A stretch of DNA of 64,000 nucleotides from an uncultured archaeon (GCA_964389315.1 CAYMDJ010000001.1:543-64542), one strand, 5' to 3'. Positions 29,934-40,545 are shown, counted from the first letter of the stretch. The notes: generated from the letters alone by a model not told the origin. Made by a program: numbers and translations.

Positions 29934-30989
29934 ATGAAGGCTTCCCATGTTTTCTGGACAGGTTTGAGGGTCGCTGGTTATAAAATGGGGAGGAGATTCT
30001 CGTTCCCTCTTCCGATGCCGGTAAACCTTGCCATTGTTCCCACAGGCAGGTGCAACTCCATGTGCAGGACATGTAACATATGGAAGACTCCTGTTAGTGA
30101 TGAGCTCGATGCTGGTGAGTGGGACAGGATATTCAAATCCATCGGGAGGTCTCATCCCTGGGTAACGGCTTCTGAAGGCGAGCCCTTCCTGTCAAAGGAC
30201 CTTGTCGAGATAACAAGGAACCTCGTGGAGCACACGGACCCGCAGATAATGGTTTTTCCCACCAACGGGATTCTGACCGAGAAGATAACGGATGACGTCA
30301 GGGAGATTTTGGGGTTTTATGGCGGCATACTCATAATAAATTTCTCCCTTGACGGCGTCGGGAATCTGCATGACGAGATACGTGGGGTCAGGGGGAATTT
30401 CAGGAGGGTTGTTGACAGCGTATCTGCAATGAAGGACGTCAAAAGGGGTTCTGATAACCTGGTGGTTGGGATAAACACGGTGGTATCCAAACACAACATA
30501 AAAAAAATTGATGAGATATCTGACTTCGTTAAGAATGAGCTGAAGCCGGACTCTCATATCTTTGAGATTGCAGATAACAGGGAGGCTCTCAACAACGCCG
30601 GGATGGACCTGAGGCCTGGTTGCCAGGAGTATCTGGATGCCATTGGCAGGGTATCTGGAGATTCCAACGTCTTCCCTACAGGGTTCTTCAGGAAGAGATA
30701 CTACAGGCTGGTTGAAGAGATGCTCCTGAAAGGCAGGGGGATTATCCCGTGCTATGCGGGCATCGCATCAGCGCAGATATCATCAACAGGAGAGGTATGG
30801 GCATGCTGCAGGATGTGCGAGTCAATGGGGAACCTGAGGGAGAATGGTTATGATTTCAGGAAGGTGTGGAAAAGCAGGCAGGCAATGGATGTGAGGAGGG
30901 GCATAAAGGAGAGGAAGTGCTGGTGCACATCAGCCAACGCGAACTACACGAACATATTATGTAGTTTCATAAGGCTTGCCGGAGTTTAG
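29934..30989 (+). CDS. Radical SAM/SPASM (twitch) protein
   Basis: TGRCNSMCRTC, GEPFL, FSLDG, PCYAG...WAC, CWC; ATG at 29934 preferred. Confidence 0.85.
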   Translation: MKASHVFWTGLRVAGYKMGRRFSFPLPMPVNLAIVPTGRCNSMCRTCNIWKTPVSDELDAGEWDRIFKSIGRSHPWVTASEGEPFLSKDLVEITRNLVEHTDPQIMVFPTNGILTEKITDDVREILGFYGGILIINFSLDGVGNLHDEIRGVRGNFRRVVDSVSAMKDVKRGSDNLVVGINTVVSKHNIKKIDEISDFVKNELKPDSHIFEIADNREALNNAGMDLRPGCQEYLDAIGRVSGDSNVFPTGFFRKRYYRLVEEMLLKGRGIIPCYAGIASAQISSTGEVWACCRMCESMGNLRENGYDFRKVWKSRQAMDVRRGIKERKCWCTSANANYTNILCSFIRLAGV

Positions 30990-30993
30990 GATT

Positions 30994-31833
30994 ATGGATG
31001 TATCAGTAGGTGTGATGGCTCACAACGAGGAGAAAAACATAGGCAGTCTTCTGGATTCGCTTATAAACCAGGAAGAGGAGATTGTGAGGATAATGGAGAT
31101 TATCGTTGTGAGCTCCGGCTCTGTTGACAGGACGGACAGAATAGTTGAGAGCTTTTGCAGGGCTGACCGGAGGGTCAGGCTTGTAAAGGAGCCTGAGAGG
31201 AGGGGGAAATCGAATGCGATAAACCTTTTTCTGGAGAGGAGCAGAGGTGATGTCAACGTTCTTGTCAGCGGCGATGTTGTTCCAGGAAGGAATTCTGTTG
31301 AAAGGGTGTGCTCTATGCTTGTTGGAAATGTTGGAATCGCTGTCGGTAGGGTGGTACCAGAGGAGAGCGGAAGCTTGTTGGGGAGGGTTGTTGGCCTTGA
31401 GTGGAGGATTCATCATGAAGTTTCACTGAAAAGGCCGAAGTTCGGTGAGATGATAGCCTTCAGGGGGGTTGGCAAGATTGCAGAAACATCGGTTGATGAG
31501 GAATTCATAGGTATGCTCGTAGTAAAGTCAGGGCTTGAATCGGTGTATGTCCCCGGAGCCGTGGTAATGAACCGAGGCCCCAGGACAATGAAGGATTTCA
31601 TAAAGCAGAGGAGGAGAATCTATTCCGGTCATTTGGAGCTTTTCAGGACAGGGTATGAACCGGCAACCGTGAAACTCCTTCCTGTGCTGAGGGGGTTCAT
31701 GAAGTCAGGCGGCGCCGGGGCGGGTGTATTAATTTCAGCAGTGCTTCTGGAGGCAGTTTCCAGGGCGCTTGGCTTCTACGATTTTGTGTTCAACAGGGGG
31801 AGGCACATGGTCTGGGATATGGTAAAGAGGTGA
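30994..31833 (+). CDS. Glycosyltransferase family 2
   Basis: VSVGVMAHNEE, SSGSVD, RGKSNAIN, QRRRI. Confidence 0.85.
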   Translation: MDVSVGVMAHNEEKNIGSLLDSLINQEEEIVRIMEIIVVSSGSVDRTDRIVESFCRADRRVRLVKEPERRGKSNAINLFLERSRGDVNVLVSGDVVPGRNSVERVCSMLVGNVGIAVGRVVPEESGSLLGRVVGLEWRIHHEVSLKRPKFGEMIAFRGVGKIAETSVDEEFIGMLVVKSGLESVYVPGAVVMNRGPRTMKDFIKQRRRIYSGHLELFRTGYEPATVKLLPVLRGFMKSGGAGAGVLISAVLLEAVSRALGFYDFVFNRGRHMVWDMVKR

Positions 31834-31839
31834 GGGCTT

Positions 31840-32742
31840 ATGAAAAAACCGGTTGTTAGCGTTATTGTTGTGGTTTATAATGAAGAAACGTATATCGGGA
31901 AGTGCATCGAATCTATCCTGCGCCAGTCGTTTGGTGATTTTGAACTTATAGTTGTTGATGCCGCCTCAACGGACAGGACGCAGGAGATAGTCCGGGGGTT
32001 CGGAGACAAGAGGATAAGATATTTCAGGCTAAGTGAAAGGGTCAATATAGCAAAATCCAGAAACTTCGGGATAGGGGCATCAAGAGGGGGATATGTTTTC
32101 TTTACAGATGGGGATTGCTCACCCGCAAGAGGATGGATCAAGGAAGGCGTCAGGTGCCTGAAGGAGCAGGGGGTTGTAGGCTGTGAGGGCAGGACTGTTT
32201 ATGTTTCAAGCCGATACCGGCCCGGCCTGATGGAGAACGTGGTGTATAACAATGGGGGTGGTTTTTTTCCAACGAACAACGTGGCATACAAGAGGGCGGT
32301 CTTTGACGAGGCGGGCTTCTTTGACGAATCCCTGGATGTGGCAGAGGACACTGATATGGGTACGAGGGCATCCAGGCTGGGTGAAATTGTTTTTGTAAAT
32401 GAAATGCTGGTCATTCATGAAAAGAAGACGCTTTCCATGGGGTCGTTTTTCAGGAGGGTATACGTGACAGATAGCGTAGTCAGGATGGTTAAAAGGCATG
32501 GCAGATGCCGGGTTCGCGGACCGCGCGGGATTCCTTTTTATAATATTGGGAGGGTGGTTTTCCCATTCTATTATTTCGTTATGTTTTTCCCCCCGCTGCT
32601 CATAATTGTTCTAATGTTCAGAAAAATTAAAATGGGCAGCCTGAAGGATTTCCTGATGATTCCGCTGTATTATGTGCGGGTTGTTTTTTTCAGGTTTTTT
32701 GTCTGGAAAACGGCAATAAAGGAAAGGTCCTTTTTTATATGA
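31840..32742 (+). CDS. Glycosyltransferase family 2 with C-terminal TMs
   Basis: VSVIVVVYNEE, VDAASTD, FTDGDC, EDTD. Confidence 0.88.
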   Translation: MKKPVVSVIVVVYNEETYIGKCIESILRQSFGDFELIVVDAASTDRTQEIVRGFGDKRIRYFRLSERVNIAKSRNFGIGASRGGYVFFTDGDCSPARGWIKEGVRCLKEQGVVGCEGRTVYVSSRYRPGLMENVVYNNGGGFFPTNNVAYKRAVFDEAGFFDESLDVAEDTDMGTRASRLGEIVFVNEMLVIHEKKTLSMGSFFRRVYVTDSVVRMVKRHGRCRVRGPRGIPFYNIGRVVFPFYYFVMFFPPLLIIVLMFRKIKMGSLKDFLMIPLYYVRVVFFRFFVWKTAIKERSFFI

Positions 32743-33790
32743 GAGCTGTCCTCAGAAGTGTTTTTGGATTATAAACTATGCGATGCACCAGGAAGCATGG
32801 GTGTATGCAGCTGCAATTCCTAATCTCCCTCCTCCTCTTTTCAGCCATTTCGGAGAACCAGAGCCTCCTGAAATCATAGTTGAAATCCCTCAGGTTGCCG
32901 ACCGGCCCCGTTGATTCGCAAAGCCTAACGTCCCCGTCAGGTTCAATGACGCCTATAGTGTTTCCTGCCAGGCACCTGAAACCAAACCCCTGTCCCATGA
33001 TTCCCGTTTCTATAAGACTGTAAATTTTTCGCTTGCCCTTCAGGTTAAGCCCAAGGAAATGCACTTTTTCTTTTGAAAGATAATAAATGTCATATCCGAG
33101 AAGAATCTTGTAAAGGGTTGCCCATTGCCGGGGCGTGGGGGATTCCTCCGAGGCTCTGCCTGCCTTGTTCCTTATTGGTGAGACCGAGTGGTAATTGATG
33201 CCTTGCCTTGTCTTTATGAAATCCATCAGTTTCGGTATCTCACTGTAATTCCTTCTGGAGACCACTGTGTTTATCATGATGGAGAGGTTCGGGTATCTCT
33301 CCTTAAGTTTAACAGCGCCCTCGATGGTTTTTAATGTTTTTCTGAATCCTCCCCGAACACCCCTTATATCATCATGGGTCTTTCCCACACCGTCAAGGGA
33401 TGGTGCCAGGATTATCCTGGTTCTGGCGCAGGTTTTCAACATTCCCTCTGTTTTTTCCAGTATGTTTCTTGTGGCGAGGCCGTTGGTTGGTATGAATATC
33501 AAATTCGGTCTGTTGTTTCTGTAGAAAGCGTGGCAGATTTCCGGTAGGTCTTCCCTCAGGAATGGTTCCCCGCCCGAGACGAGAAGAGAGTAGAATCTGC
33601 CCATTCCTGTGGATGTCATTCTTATCTCTTCCAGGGAGAGCTCTTTGATTGGTTTGTTGATTCTGTCCCTGTAAAAACATCCACTGCATGATGAGTTGCA
33701 CTTGTTCGTAACGAAAAAAATGACCTCGTGTGGAAGGTGTCCCTTTCTGATCAGGGTGAGATGACCCGAGGTTACGTTTTTTATGTTCAT
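32735..33790 (-). CDS. Radical SAM/SPASM (twitch) protein
   Basis: FVTNKCNSSCSGC, SGGEPFLR, SLDG, CLAG...DVRLCE, CSCIHPC. Confidence 0.85.
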   Translation of the reverse strand: MNIKNVTSGHLTLIRKGHLPHEVIFFVTNKCNSSCSGCFYRDRINKPIKELSLEEIRMTSTGMGRFYSLLVSGGEPFLREDLPEICHAFYRNNRPNLIFIPTNGLATRNILEKTEGMLKTCARTRIILAPSLDGVGKTHDDIRGVRGGFRKTLKTIEGAVKLKERYPNLSIMINTVVSRRNYSEIPKLMDFIKTRQGINYHSVSPIRNKAGRASEESPTPRQWATLYKILLGYDIYYLSKEKVHFLGLNLKGKRKIYSLIETGIMGQGFGFRCLAGNTIGVIEPDGDVRLCESTGPVGNLRDFNYDFRRLWFSEMAEKRRREIRNCSCIHPCFLVHRIVYNPKTLLRTALI

Positions 33791-33860
33791 ATAATGCTAT
33801 TAAAAAGAAATCATAAAAACGGCTCCCAGACCGTGGTGTAAGCCGTTAAACACAATGCGA

Positions 33861-34712
33861 CTAACCCAATATTGATTTAAGGACCCTTGGTATCGAGCTT
33901 ATGATGTCAGAGGCTATCAGGCCCGGACCGATCTCCCTTTCTGCCATGTCCCCTGCCAGCCCTGTCAGATGTGCGCCAGCGCATGCTGCATTGAGCGGGG
34001 GGTTGCCCATTGCGAGAAAGCCTCCGCAGACGCCGGCAAGGATGTCGCCGGTCCCGCCCTTTGTCATCCACGGGTTCCCGGTCCTGTTTAGGAGGGTCTC
34101 CCTTCCGTTGGATATCACGTCAACCCTTCCCTTGAGGAGGATTGTCGTGCTGAGCTTCCTCGCGAGCTTCATTGTTTCCTGCTCCCGTTTCTTGAGGTCA
34201 GCACTCGGTTGGGAACCGGAAAGCAGGGAGAACTCCCTTGCGTGGGGTGTCAGTATGAAGCTCCTCTTTATGACGCCAGGATTCCCTGAGGCAGCGGATA
34301 TGGCATCGGCGTCAACGACGCAGGGTTTTTCAAGGAGATTAAGGAAGTTCTGGACGAAAACCGCCGTGTCAGACCTGTTGTCCAGGCCGCCCCCTATTAC
34401 GACAGCATCGAAGTTCTCTGCCTCATCGAGGAGGAATTTCGTGTGCCAGTTGTTCAGGTAGTCGGTCCGTATGGGGTCTGCTATGAGGTCAGGCGAGAAT
34501 GAGGATATCACATCCGCTGCCCGCTCTGGCGCACAAACGTGGACGAGGTCTGTTCCCATGCGCATTGCCGCGAGGGCAGAGAGCGCCGGAGCGCCCGAAT
34601 ACGTCCTGCTCCCGCCTATGACGACCAGCCTTCCGAAGTCTCCCTTGTGTGACCAGTCTTTCTTCTTAGGATAGCATGCCTTCAGCATCTGGGGCGTTAC
34701 ATATTTTGGCAC
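33861..34712 (-). CDS. nnrD: ADP-dependent NAD(P)H-hydrate dehydratase
   Basis: SHKGDFGRLVVIGGS, YSGAP, VVDADA, LTPHAREF, LLKG, GGTGDILAG. Confidence 0.92.
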   Translation of the reverse strand: MPKYVTPQMLKACYPKKKDWSHKGDFGRLVVIGGSRTYSGAPALSALAAMRMGTDLVHVCAPERAADVISSFSPDLIADPIRTDYLNNWHTKFLLDEAENFDAVVIGGGLDNRSDTAVFVQNFLNLLEKPCVVDADAISAASGNPGVIKRSFILTPHAREFSLLSGSQPSADLKKREQETMKLARKLSTTILLKGRVDVISNGRETLLNRTGNPWMTKGGTGDILAGVCGGFLAMGNPPLNAACAGAHLTGLAGDMAEREIGPGLIASDIISSIPRVLKSILG

Positions 34713-34720
34713 GTCATCAC

Positions 34721-36187
34721 CTATTTCACTTTGTCTATCTGGGCCTTCTGGAGGCGGTTGGAATAATCGAAATAGACTGTCTTGACCTCAGAGAACTCCT
34801 CAATTCCCAGCATGCCGGCTTCGCGTCCGTGGCCGGTCTCCTTCACGCCACCGAAGGGAAGGTGGACCTCCGAGCCTATGGTGCTGGAATTGACATAGGT
34901 CAGTCCTGCCTCTATCCTCTGGACGGCAAGGAAGGCGTTCCTGATGTTGCTGGTATATATTGCCGAGCTGAGACCGTATGTAACGGTGTTGGCGCAGTCT
35001 ATCGCTTCATCGAGGCTGTTAACAGGTGTTATGGAGAGGGTCGGCCCGAATATCTCCTCCTGCGCAATCCTCATGTCATTGTCAACGTTTGTGAAGATGG
35101 TTGGTTTGTAGAAGAACCCCCTTCCCGGAAGAGACGAGCCGCCCGTGAGGAGCTTTGCGCCCTCCTCCTTTCCGACACCGGTGTAGTAATGGATCTTCTT
35201 GAGGGCAGTTCTGTTTATCACAGGCCCAACGTCTGTCTCTGGCCTCAGGCCATCACCCAGGCGGAGCTTCCTGGCCTTCCCGACCAGCATCCTCTCGAAC
35301 CTGTTCTTTACCTTCCTGTGGATTATCACGCGGGAGGCGGCAGTGCACCTCTGGCCTGTCGTCCCGAAGGCGCCCCATATCACGCCGTCCAGCGCTAGGT
35401 CAAGGTCTGCGTCATCCATTATTATTATGGGGTTCTTTCCTCCGAGCTCGAGCCCCACCTTCTTTATTCCCGCGCACCTCATGGTGGAGAGCCCCACGTC
35501 CCTGGAGCCTGTGAAGGAGATTCCCCTGACCTTCCTGTGCTTGACCATGGTCTCGCCGACCGTGCTGCCCGGTCCTGTGACCAGGTTTATCACGCCCGGG
35601 GGAACGCCTGCCTTCTCGAATATCTTGACAAGCTCTATCGCGCAGAGCGGAGTGTCTGATGCCGGCTTAAGTATCATGGTGTTGCCGCATATGAGGGCAG
35701 GGGCAATCTTCCATGCAGGTATCGCCATGGGGAAATTCCATGGTGTTATCAGGCCGCAGACACCTATCGGCATCCTTGTGGTCATGCAGAACTTTTCCCT
35801 GAGCTCCGAGGGCGTCGTGAAGCCGAAGAGTCTCCTTCCCTCGCCTGCCATGTATTCCGTGACGTCAATCGCTTCCTGGACGTCTCCTCTCCCTTCTGCC
35901 AGGACCTTGCCCATCTCCATTGTGACCAGCCTCGCGAGCCTCTCCTTTTCCTTTTCCATGAGCAGGGCGGCCTTTAGGAGGATGTCCCCCCTCCTTGGGG
36001 CAGGGAGGCTGCTCCATCCCTCCAGGGCCCTTTCCGCCGCATCAACCGCCCTTTCTGCGTCGTTGGGCGTCCCGAGCTCGAACTTTCCCAGGGTCTTTTC
36101 CGTGGCAGGGTTCAGACTCTGGAAGGTTTCCCCTGAGTCTGATTTCTGCCATTTCCCGCCAATGAGTATTCCGTGAGTTTTCATCAT
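34721..36187 (-). CDS. NAD(P)-dependent aldehyde dehydrogenase
   Basis: ITPWNFP, FTGS, LELGGKNP, GQRCTA, EEIFGP, PFGG; SD GGAGGTGA before ATG 36187. Confidence 0.93.
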   Translation of the reverse strand: MMKTHGILIGGKWQKSDSGETFQSLNPATEKTLGKFELGTPNDAERAVDAAERALEGWSSLPAPRRGDILLKAALLMEKEKERLARLVTMEMGKVLAEGRGDVQEAIDVTEYMAGEGRRLFGFTTPSELREKFCMTTRMPIGVCGLITPWNFPMAIPAWKIAPALICGNTMILKPASDTPLCAIELVKIFEKAGVPPGVINLVTGPGSTVGETMVKHRKVRGISFTGSRDVGLSTMRCAGIKKVGLELGGKNPIIIMDDADLDLALDGVIWGAFGTTGQRCTAASRVIIHRKVKNRFERMLVGKARKLRLGDGLRPETDVGPVINRTALKKIHYYTGVGKEEGAKLLTGGSSLPGRGFFYKPTIFTNVDNDMRIAQEEIFGPTLSITPVNSLDEAIDCANTVTYGLSSAIYTSNIRNAFLAVQRIEAGLTYVNSSTIGSEVHLPFGGVKETGHGREAGMLGIEEFSEVKTVYFDYSNRLQKAQIDKVK

Positions 36188-36188
36188 G

Positions 36189-37547
36189 TCACCTCCCGAA
36201 TTCATAAAGCGCAGCAAGCGCCTTTGCCGCCTTCTCTGGGTAGGAGAAGGTCGGCGTCCCGAAATCCTCAATGCTCTTCTTGAGGACCTCTGTGAACCTT
36301 CCGCCAGCGGCCACCACCACCAACGGCTTGCTGCAGGTGTCAGCGATTGCGGAAACCACGTCCGTTATCTCCGCAGTCAGGGTCGGTATCTGGAAGAGGG
36401 TTATGACCATCATCATGTCAACGTTGCTGTCCGCAGCGGCTGCCTCCATGGCTATCCTGTATCTCTCGACCGTTGCGTCTCCTGTCAGGTCGAGCGGGTT
36501 CTTTATCACTACATGGGGCGGGTATCTCTTTTTCAGGTTCCTGGTTGTTGCCCTGTCCATCTGAGCGAGCCGGAGGCCGTTGCCTATTATCCAGTCTGTT
36601 GCAAGGACGCCGAAGCCCCCGCCGTCTGTTATCACCTGGACGCGGTTGCCTTTTGGCCTTGGCTGGGTAGAGAAAAGCCGCGCGAAGTCAAAGAGCTCCT
36701 CGAGGTTGTCTGCTGTTATTATGCCGGACTGCTTCATTGCCGCGCTGAATATCTCATACTCACCTGCAAGGGAGCCTGTGTGGGAGGAGACGGCGGAGGA
36801 GCCTTCTGAGGTTATCCCCCCCTTAAGGACTATTATGGGCTTCTTCTTTGAGACCCTGGTCGCGATGTCATAGAATTTCCTTCCCTGCTTGACGCCCTCG
36901 AAGTATGCGCATATGACGCTCGTCCTGGGGTCGTTGGCCAGGTATTCTATGAGGTCTGCCTCGTCAACGTCTATCGCGTTGCCGTAGGAAACGAACTTTG
37001 ATATCTTGTAGTTCTTCATTGCCATCCAGTCCAGAATTACCGAGCCGAGCGCACCTGACTGGGATATGAATGCTATAGAGCCTTCGCCAGGGCGCTCCAG
37101 CTTGTAGCGGGGGAGGAAGAACGTGTCAACCTCTGAATATGGGTCGAAGATTCCTATGCAGTTCGGTCCTATGGCACGCATGCCGTATTTCCTGATGATT
37201 TTCCTGCAGTCCTCCTCCAGCTCAATGTTCCCTATCTCACCGAAGCCCCCGGATATTATTATGACAGCACGGACGCCCTTCCTTCCGCACTCATCCAGGG
37301 TCTTTGGAACGACCGGTGCTGGGATGCAGACAACGGCAAGGTCTATCCCTCCGGGAACCTTGGTTACAGAGGGGTATGCTTTCAGGCCGAACATATCATC
37401 GGCATTGGGGTTTATTGGATAGATTTTGCCTGCGAACCTTCCCTCTATGAAGTTCCTGAGAATGACGTGACCTACCTTCTTGGGATTCCTTGAGGCTCCT
37501 ATGACTGCGACTGACCTGGGCTGGAAAAAATAGTCAAGTTTCTTCAT
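36189..37547 (-). CDS. acdA: Acetate/acyl-CoA ligase (ADP-forming) alpha subunit
   Basis: PRSVAVIGAS, GPNCIG, SQSGALG, SHTGSLAG (phospho-His), NPLDLTGDA. Confidence 0.9.
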   Translation of the reverse strand: MKKLDYFFQPRSVAVIGASRNPKKVGHVILRNFIEGRFAGKIYPINPNADDMFGLKAYPSVTKVPGGIDLAVVCIPAPVVPKTLDECGRKGVRAVIIISGGFGEIGNIELEEDCRKIIRKYGMRAIGPNCIGIFDPYSEVDTFFLPRYKLERPGEGSIAFISQSGALGSVILDWMAMKNYKISKFVSYGNAIDVDEADLIEYLANDPRTSVICAYFEGVKQGRKFYDIATRVSKKKPIIVLKGGITSEGSSAVSSHTGSLAGEYEIFSAAMKQSGIITADNLEELFDFARLFSTQPRPKGNRVQVITDGGGFGVLATDWIIGNGLRLAQMDRATTRNLKKRYPPHVVIKNPLDLTGDATVERYRIAMEAAAADSNVDMMMVITLFQIPTLTAEITDVVSAIADTCSKPLVVVAAGGRFTEVLKKSIEDFGTPTFSYPEKAAKALAALYEFGR

Positions 37548-37579
37548 GTTATTTATTATGGAAAGGCGCAATATAAAAT

Positions 37580-38749
37580 ATGCTGAGGAACATCATTTCT
37601 GAAAGGGAGCAGGATCTCCCCGAATCCACGATAGGGCAGATGTTGAAGCTTTGCGCAGAATCAAAGGATGTGATTTCACTCGGGCCTGGTGAGCCCGACT
37701 TCTCGTCGCCTCCTAATGTGATAAGGGCAGCGAAGAAGGCGCTTGATAGGAAGATGACTCATTATTCGCCGATATCCGGGAGGACGGATTTCAAGGAAGC
37801 GGTTGTTAAGAAGCTTAAGAGGGATAATGGGATAGTTGCTTCTCCTGAGAACATAATCGTTACGTGCGGCTCCACAGAGGCAATCCTCCTTGCGCTCATC
37901 GCGACGGTTGACCCCGGGGAGGGGGTGATGGTCCCTGATCCAGGGTTTCTCTCATACCTTCCGACCGTGGAGGTCCTCAACGGCATGCCGATAACAATCC
38001 CCCTTACAGAGGAGGAGGGATTCCAGCTCAACGTTGACGTGATGAGGAAGAGGGTGATAAAGAAAAAGACCAGGGCAATCATAATAAACACCCCATCGAA
38101 CCCCACGGGGACCGTATTCACAAAGAGTGTCCTGGAGGAGGTTGCTGATTTCGCTGTCGAGAACGGCCTTCTCATAATCTCTGATGAGGCGTATGAGAAG
38201 CTGGTTTACGGTGACGCAAGACACGTTTCCATCGGCTCTCTCAACGGCATGGACAAGCATGTGATGACCCTGCAGAGCTTCTCGAAGACATATGCGATGC
38301 CCGGCTTCCGGCTGGGTTATGCGTGCGGCCCCAAGGACATAATCGGGGCGATGACGAAACTGCATATATTCTCGTCGCTCTGCGCGCCAACCATCTCTCA
38401 GGTCGCCGGGATAGAAGCTCTCAATGGGCGCCAGTCTGCGGTTGAGAGGATGAGAAGGGAGTATGACAGGAGGAGAATGATGATAGTGAAGAGGTGCAAC
38501 GAGATTCCTGGAATGGAATGTGTGGAGCCAAAGGGTGCTTTTTATGCCTTCCCTAACATCAAATCTTATGGGATGTGCTCTTACGACCTGTCCATGAAGC
38601 TGCTCAGGGAGGCGAAGGTGGCGACCATACCTGGAACAGAATTCGGCTCCTGTGGGGAGGGGTACATAAGGCTCTCATATGCAACCGCTTACGGGAAGAT
38701 AGAGAAAGCAATGGATAGGATTGAGAGGGTGGTTAGGAAGAGCAAGTGA
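37580..38749 (+). CDS. PLP-dependent class I/II aminotransferase (aspartate aminotransferase-like)
   Basis: GEPDF, NTPSNPTG, SDEAY, SFSKTYAMPGFRLG, IRLSYA. Confidence 0.92.
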   Translation: MLRNIISEREQDLPESTIGQMLKLCAESKDVISLGPGEPDFSSPPNVIRAAKKALDRKMTHYSPISGRTDFKEAVVKKLKRDNGIVASPENIIVTCGSTEAILLALIATVDPGEGVMVPDPGFLSYLPTVEVLNGMPITIPLTEEEGFQLNVDVMRKRVIKKKTRAIIINTPSNPTGTVFTKSVLEEVADFAVENGLLIISDEAYEKLVYGDARHVSIGSLNGMDKHVMTLQSFSKTYAMPGFRLGYACGPKDIIGAMTKLHIFSSLCAPTISQVAGIEALNGRQSAVERMRREYDRRRMMIVKRCNEIPGMECVEPKGAFYAFPNIKSYGMCSYDLSMKLLREAKVATIPGTEFGSCGEGYIRLSYATAYGKIEKAMDRIERVVRKSK

Positions 38750-38810
38750 TGCCTTTGCGGGCGCGGTGTTTTCAGCATCATGTTATATGCCTTTTATATA
38801 ATTCTTATAC

Positions 38811-39827
38811 ATGATGGTCCTGAATGTGTTGAGGGTTTTTTGGGGAGGCTTAAAATATTACGCTTTTGGTTTGAGAACTCCCCTGAATGTTGGTTTGAGA
38901 ATAACCAACCAATGCAATTCTAAATGCAAGTATTGCTTTGTCCGTGACAGGCCACAGAGGGAGATGACAACAGAAGAGATAAAGAAGGTCATTGATGGCA
39001 TGCACTCCATGGGAACCCAGAGGGTTGGGATTCAGGGTGGTGAGGTGTTTCTCAGGGATGATGCTGAAGAAATAGTCAGGTACATAAAGTCCTGTGGAAT
39101 GCACCTGTCCCTGGTGACCAATGGTCTTCTCGTTCCTGATAACATGAAAGTGGTGAGGATGGTTGACTGCCTTGTTGTAAGTTTTGATGGGCGCGAAAAG
39201 GGCCATGAGAATAACAGGATTGTGGGTGGACATAAAGCGGCGCTGAATGCCATCAGGGCTGCCCGGTCAAATGGTGTTCTGGTGCTCACTATAACAGTTA
39301 TTACCAAAAACAATATAAATGATATTGATTACATACTAGAAACCGCAAAAGAGCGCGGGTTTGCGTGCATGTTCAATCTCTTGCATGGAGCAGACGTTTT
39401 TCCTGAAATGGGCGGGATGCTTCCAACAAAAGGCCAATATAGAAGGGCTATTCTGAATATCATGAAAAAGAAGCGTGAGGGTTATCCTGTCGTGCTGTCA
39501 TACAAGTCCCTTCGCCACATGCTGAACTGGGAGGATTACAGGAGGACGTGTAAGTTTGGCGGCCCCGGTGAAGGGAGATGCCTTGCCGGAAAGCTGTTTT
39601 GCAACATAGATACGGACGGGACGCTCTCTGCCTGCGATATCTCAAAACACTTTTCAGAAAAGATAGACATCACGAAACATGGATTCAGAAGCGCGTGGTT
39701 GAGGCTTGGAAAACAAAAACTACCATGTTCTTCCTGTGCTTGCTCGGCGCTGACAGATTATAATAACATGCTCCTGCCCGATGTTGGGACCGTCGGTAGC
39801 TGGCTGCGTTTTTTGTTCCGTCTGTAG
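38811..39827 (+). CDS. Radical SAM/SPASM (twitch) protein
   Basis: ITNQCNSKCKYC, QGGE, VTNG, SFDG, CLAG...SAC, CSSCAC. Confidence 0.85.
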   Translation: MMVLNVLRVFWGGLKYYAFGLRTPLNVGLRITNQCNSKCKYCFVRDRPQREMTTEEIKKVIDGMHSMGTQRVGIQGGEVFLRDDAEEIVRYIKSCGMHLSLVTNGLLVPDNMKVVRMVDCLVVSFDGREKGHENNRIVGGHKAALNAIRAARSNGVLVLTITVITKNNINDIDYILETAKERGFACMFNLLHGADVFPEMGGMLPTKGQYRRAILNIMKKKREGYPVVLSYKSLRHMLNWEDYRRTCKFGGPGEGRCLAGKLFCNIDTDGTLSACDISKHFSEKIDITKHGFRSAWLRLGKQKLPCSSCACSALTDYNNMLLPDVGTVGSWLRFLFRL

Positions 39828-39895
39828 GCCCGGGGGTGCCCCGGCGTATTTTGGGACACGGTTGTAATAAATTTGACCTCATCAAAGTATATATC

Positions 39896-40186
39896 ATGGT
39901 GAGGTTCTACAGGAACACCGTGGTCAATGTTGTGAGGATATTCCGTTTTCTGAAGCAGGCGCATGAAGAGGACAGGGGACACCTGACCGTGAGCGAGATT
40001 GCAAGGGAGCTGGGAATGCACAAGTGGACGGTCTCGCGGACGCTTGACATATGGATGGAGCCCATAGTTGACATGGTCATACCAGAAGAGCTGGAGGACG
40101 TTGGCCTGAAGATAAAGCTGGTTTCCCTCAAGAACCCCGACATCAAAGAGGAGCAGGTCGTGAAGATGCTTTCGGTCAGGAGCTAG
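39896..40186 (+). CDS. Small helix-turn-helix protein
   Basis: LTVSEIARELGMHKWTVSRTL HTH. Confidence 0.7.
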   Translation: MVRFYRNTVVNVVRIFRFLKQAHEEDRGHLTVSEIARELGMHKWTVSRTLDIWMEPIVDMVIPEELEDVGLKIKLVSLKNPDIKEEQVVKMLSVRS

Positions 40187-40545
40187 ATGAAGACCCTGAG
40201 GAATGCTTCCAGTCCTATCCAGTTCTCGTCATCAAATCTCCTGGCCTCGGCGTCCTTGATGGGAAGGAACCTCCACTGGTTCTTATTATACCAAGCAAGA
40301 AAGCCCATTGCCTGGGCGGTTTTGCACCATGATATGAAAGGGTCTAGTTTTTTCATGCTCAGGACCGGCTTCTTTGACCAGGACTTTATCTCAAAGCAGA
40401 GTATCCTTCCACCCTTTATTGCCACGAGGTCAGCCGGTGTGTGCAGCCCCCCAGAAGAGGCGGCTCTGATGCAGGAATAGCCCCTGGTTGAGAGGAAGCT
40501 GAGCAGTTGCCTCTCTGCGCGGTAGCCCTTCGCGTATATCTTCAT
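40183..40545 (-). CDS. hjc: Holliday junction resolvase Hjc
   Basis: KGYRAERQL...RAASSG...ADLVAIK...FEIKS (PD-(D/E)xK). Confidence 0.85.
   Translation of the reverse strand: MKIYAKGYRAERQLLSFLSTRGYSCIRAASSGGLHTPADLVAIKGGRILCFEIKSWSKKPVLSMKKLDPFISWCKTAQAMGFLAWYNKNQWRFLPIKDAEARRFDDENWIGLEAFLRVFI

Noticed and set aside
33827..33862. tRNA 5'-half-like string (TGGTGTAAGCCGTTAAACAC, D-arm-like) at the island edge
   Set aside because: No GG in the loop, no anticodon stem, T-arm or acceptor partner visible; tRNAscan-SE would be needed
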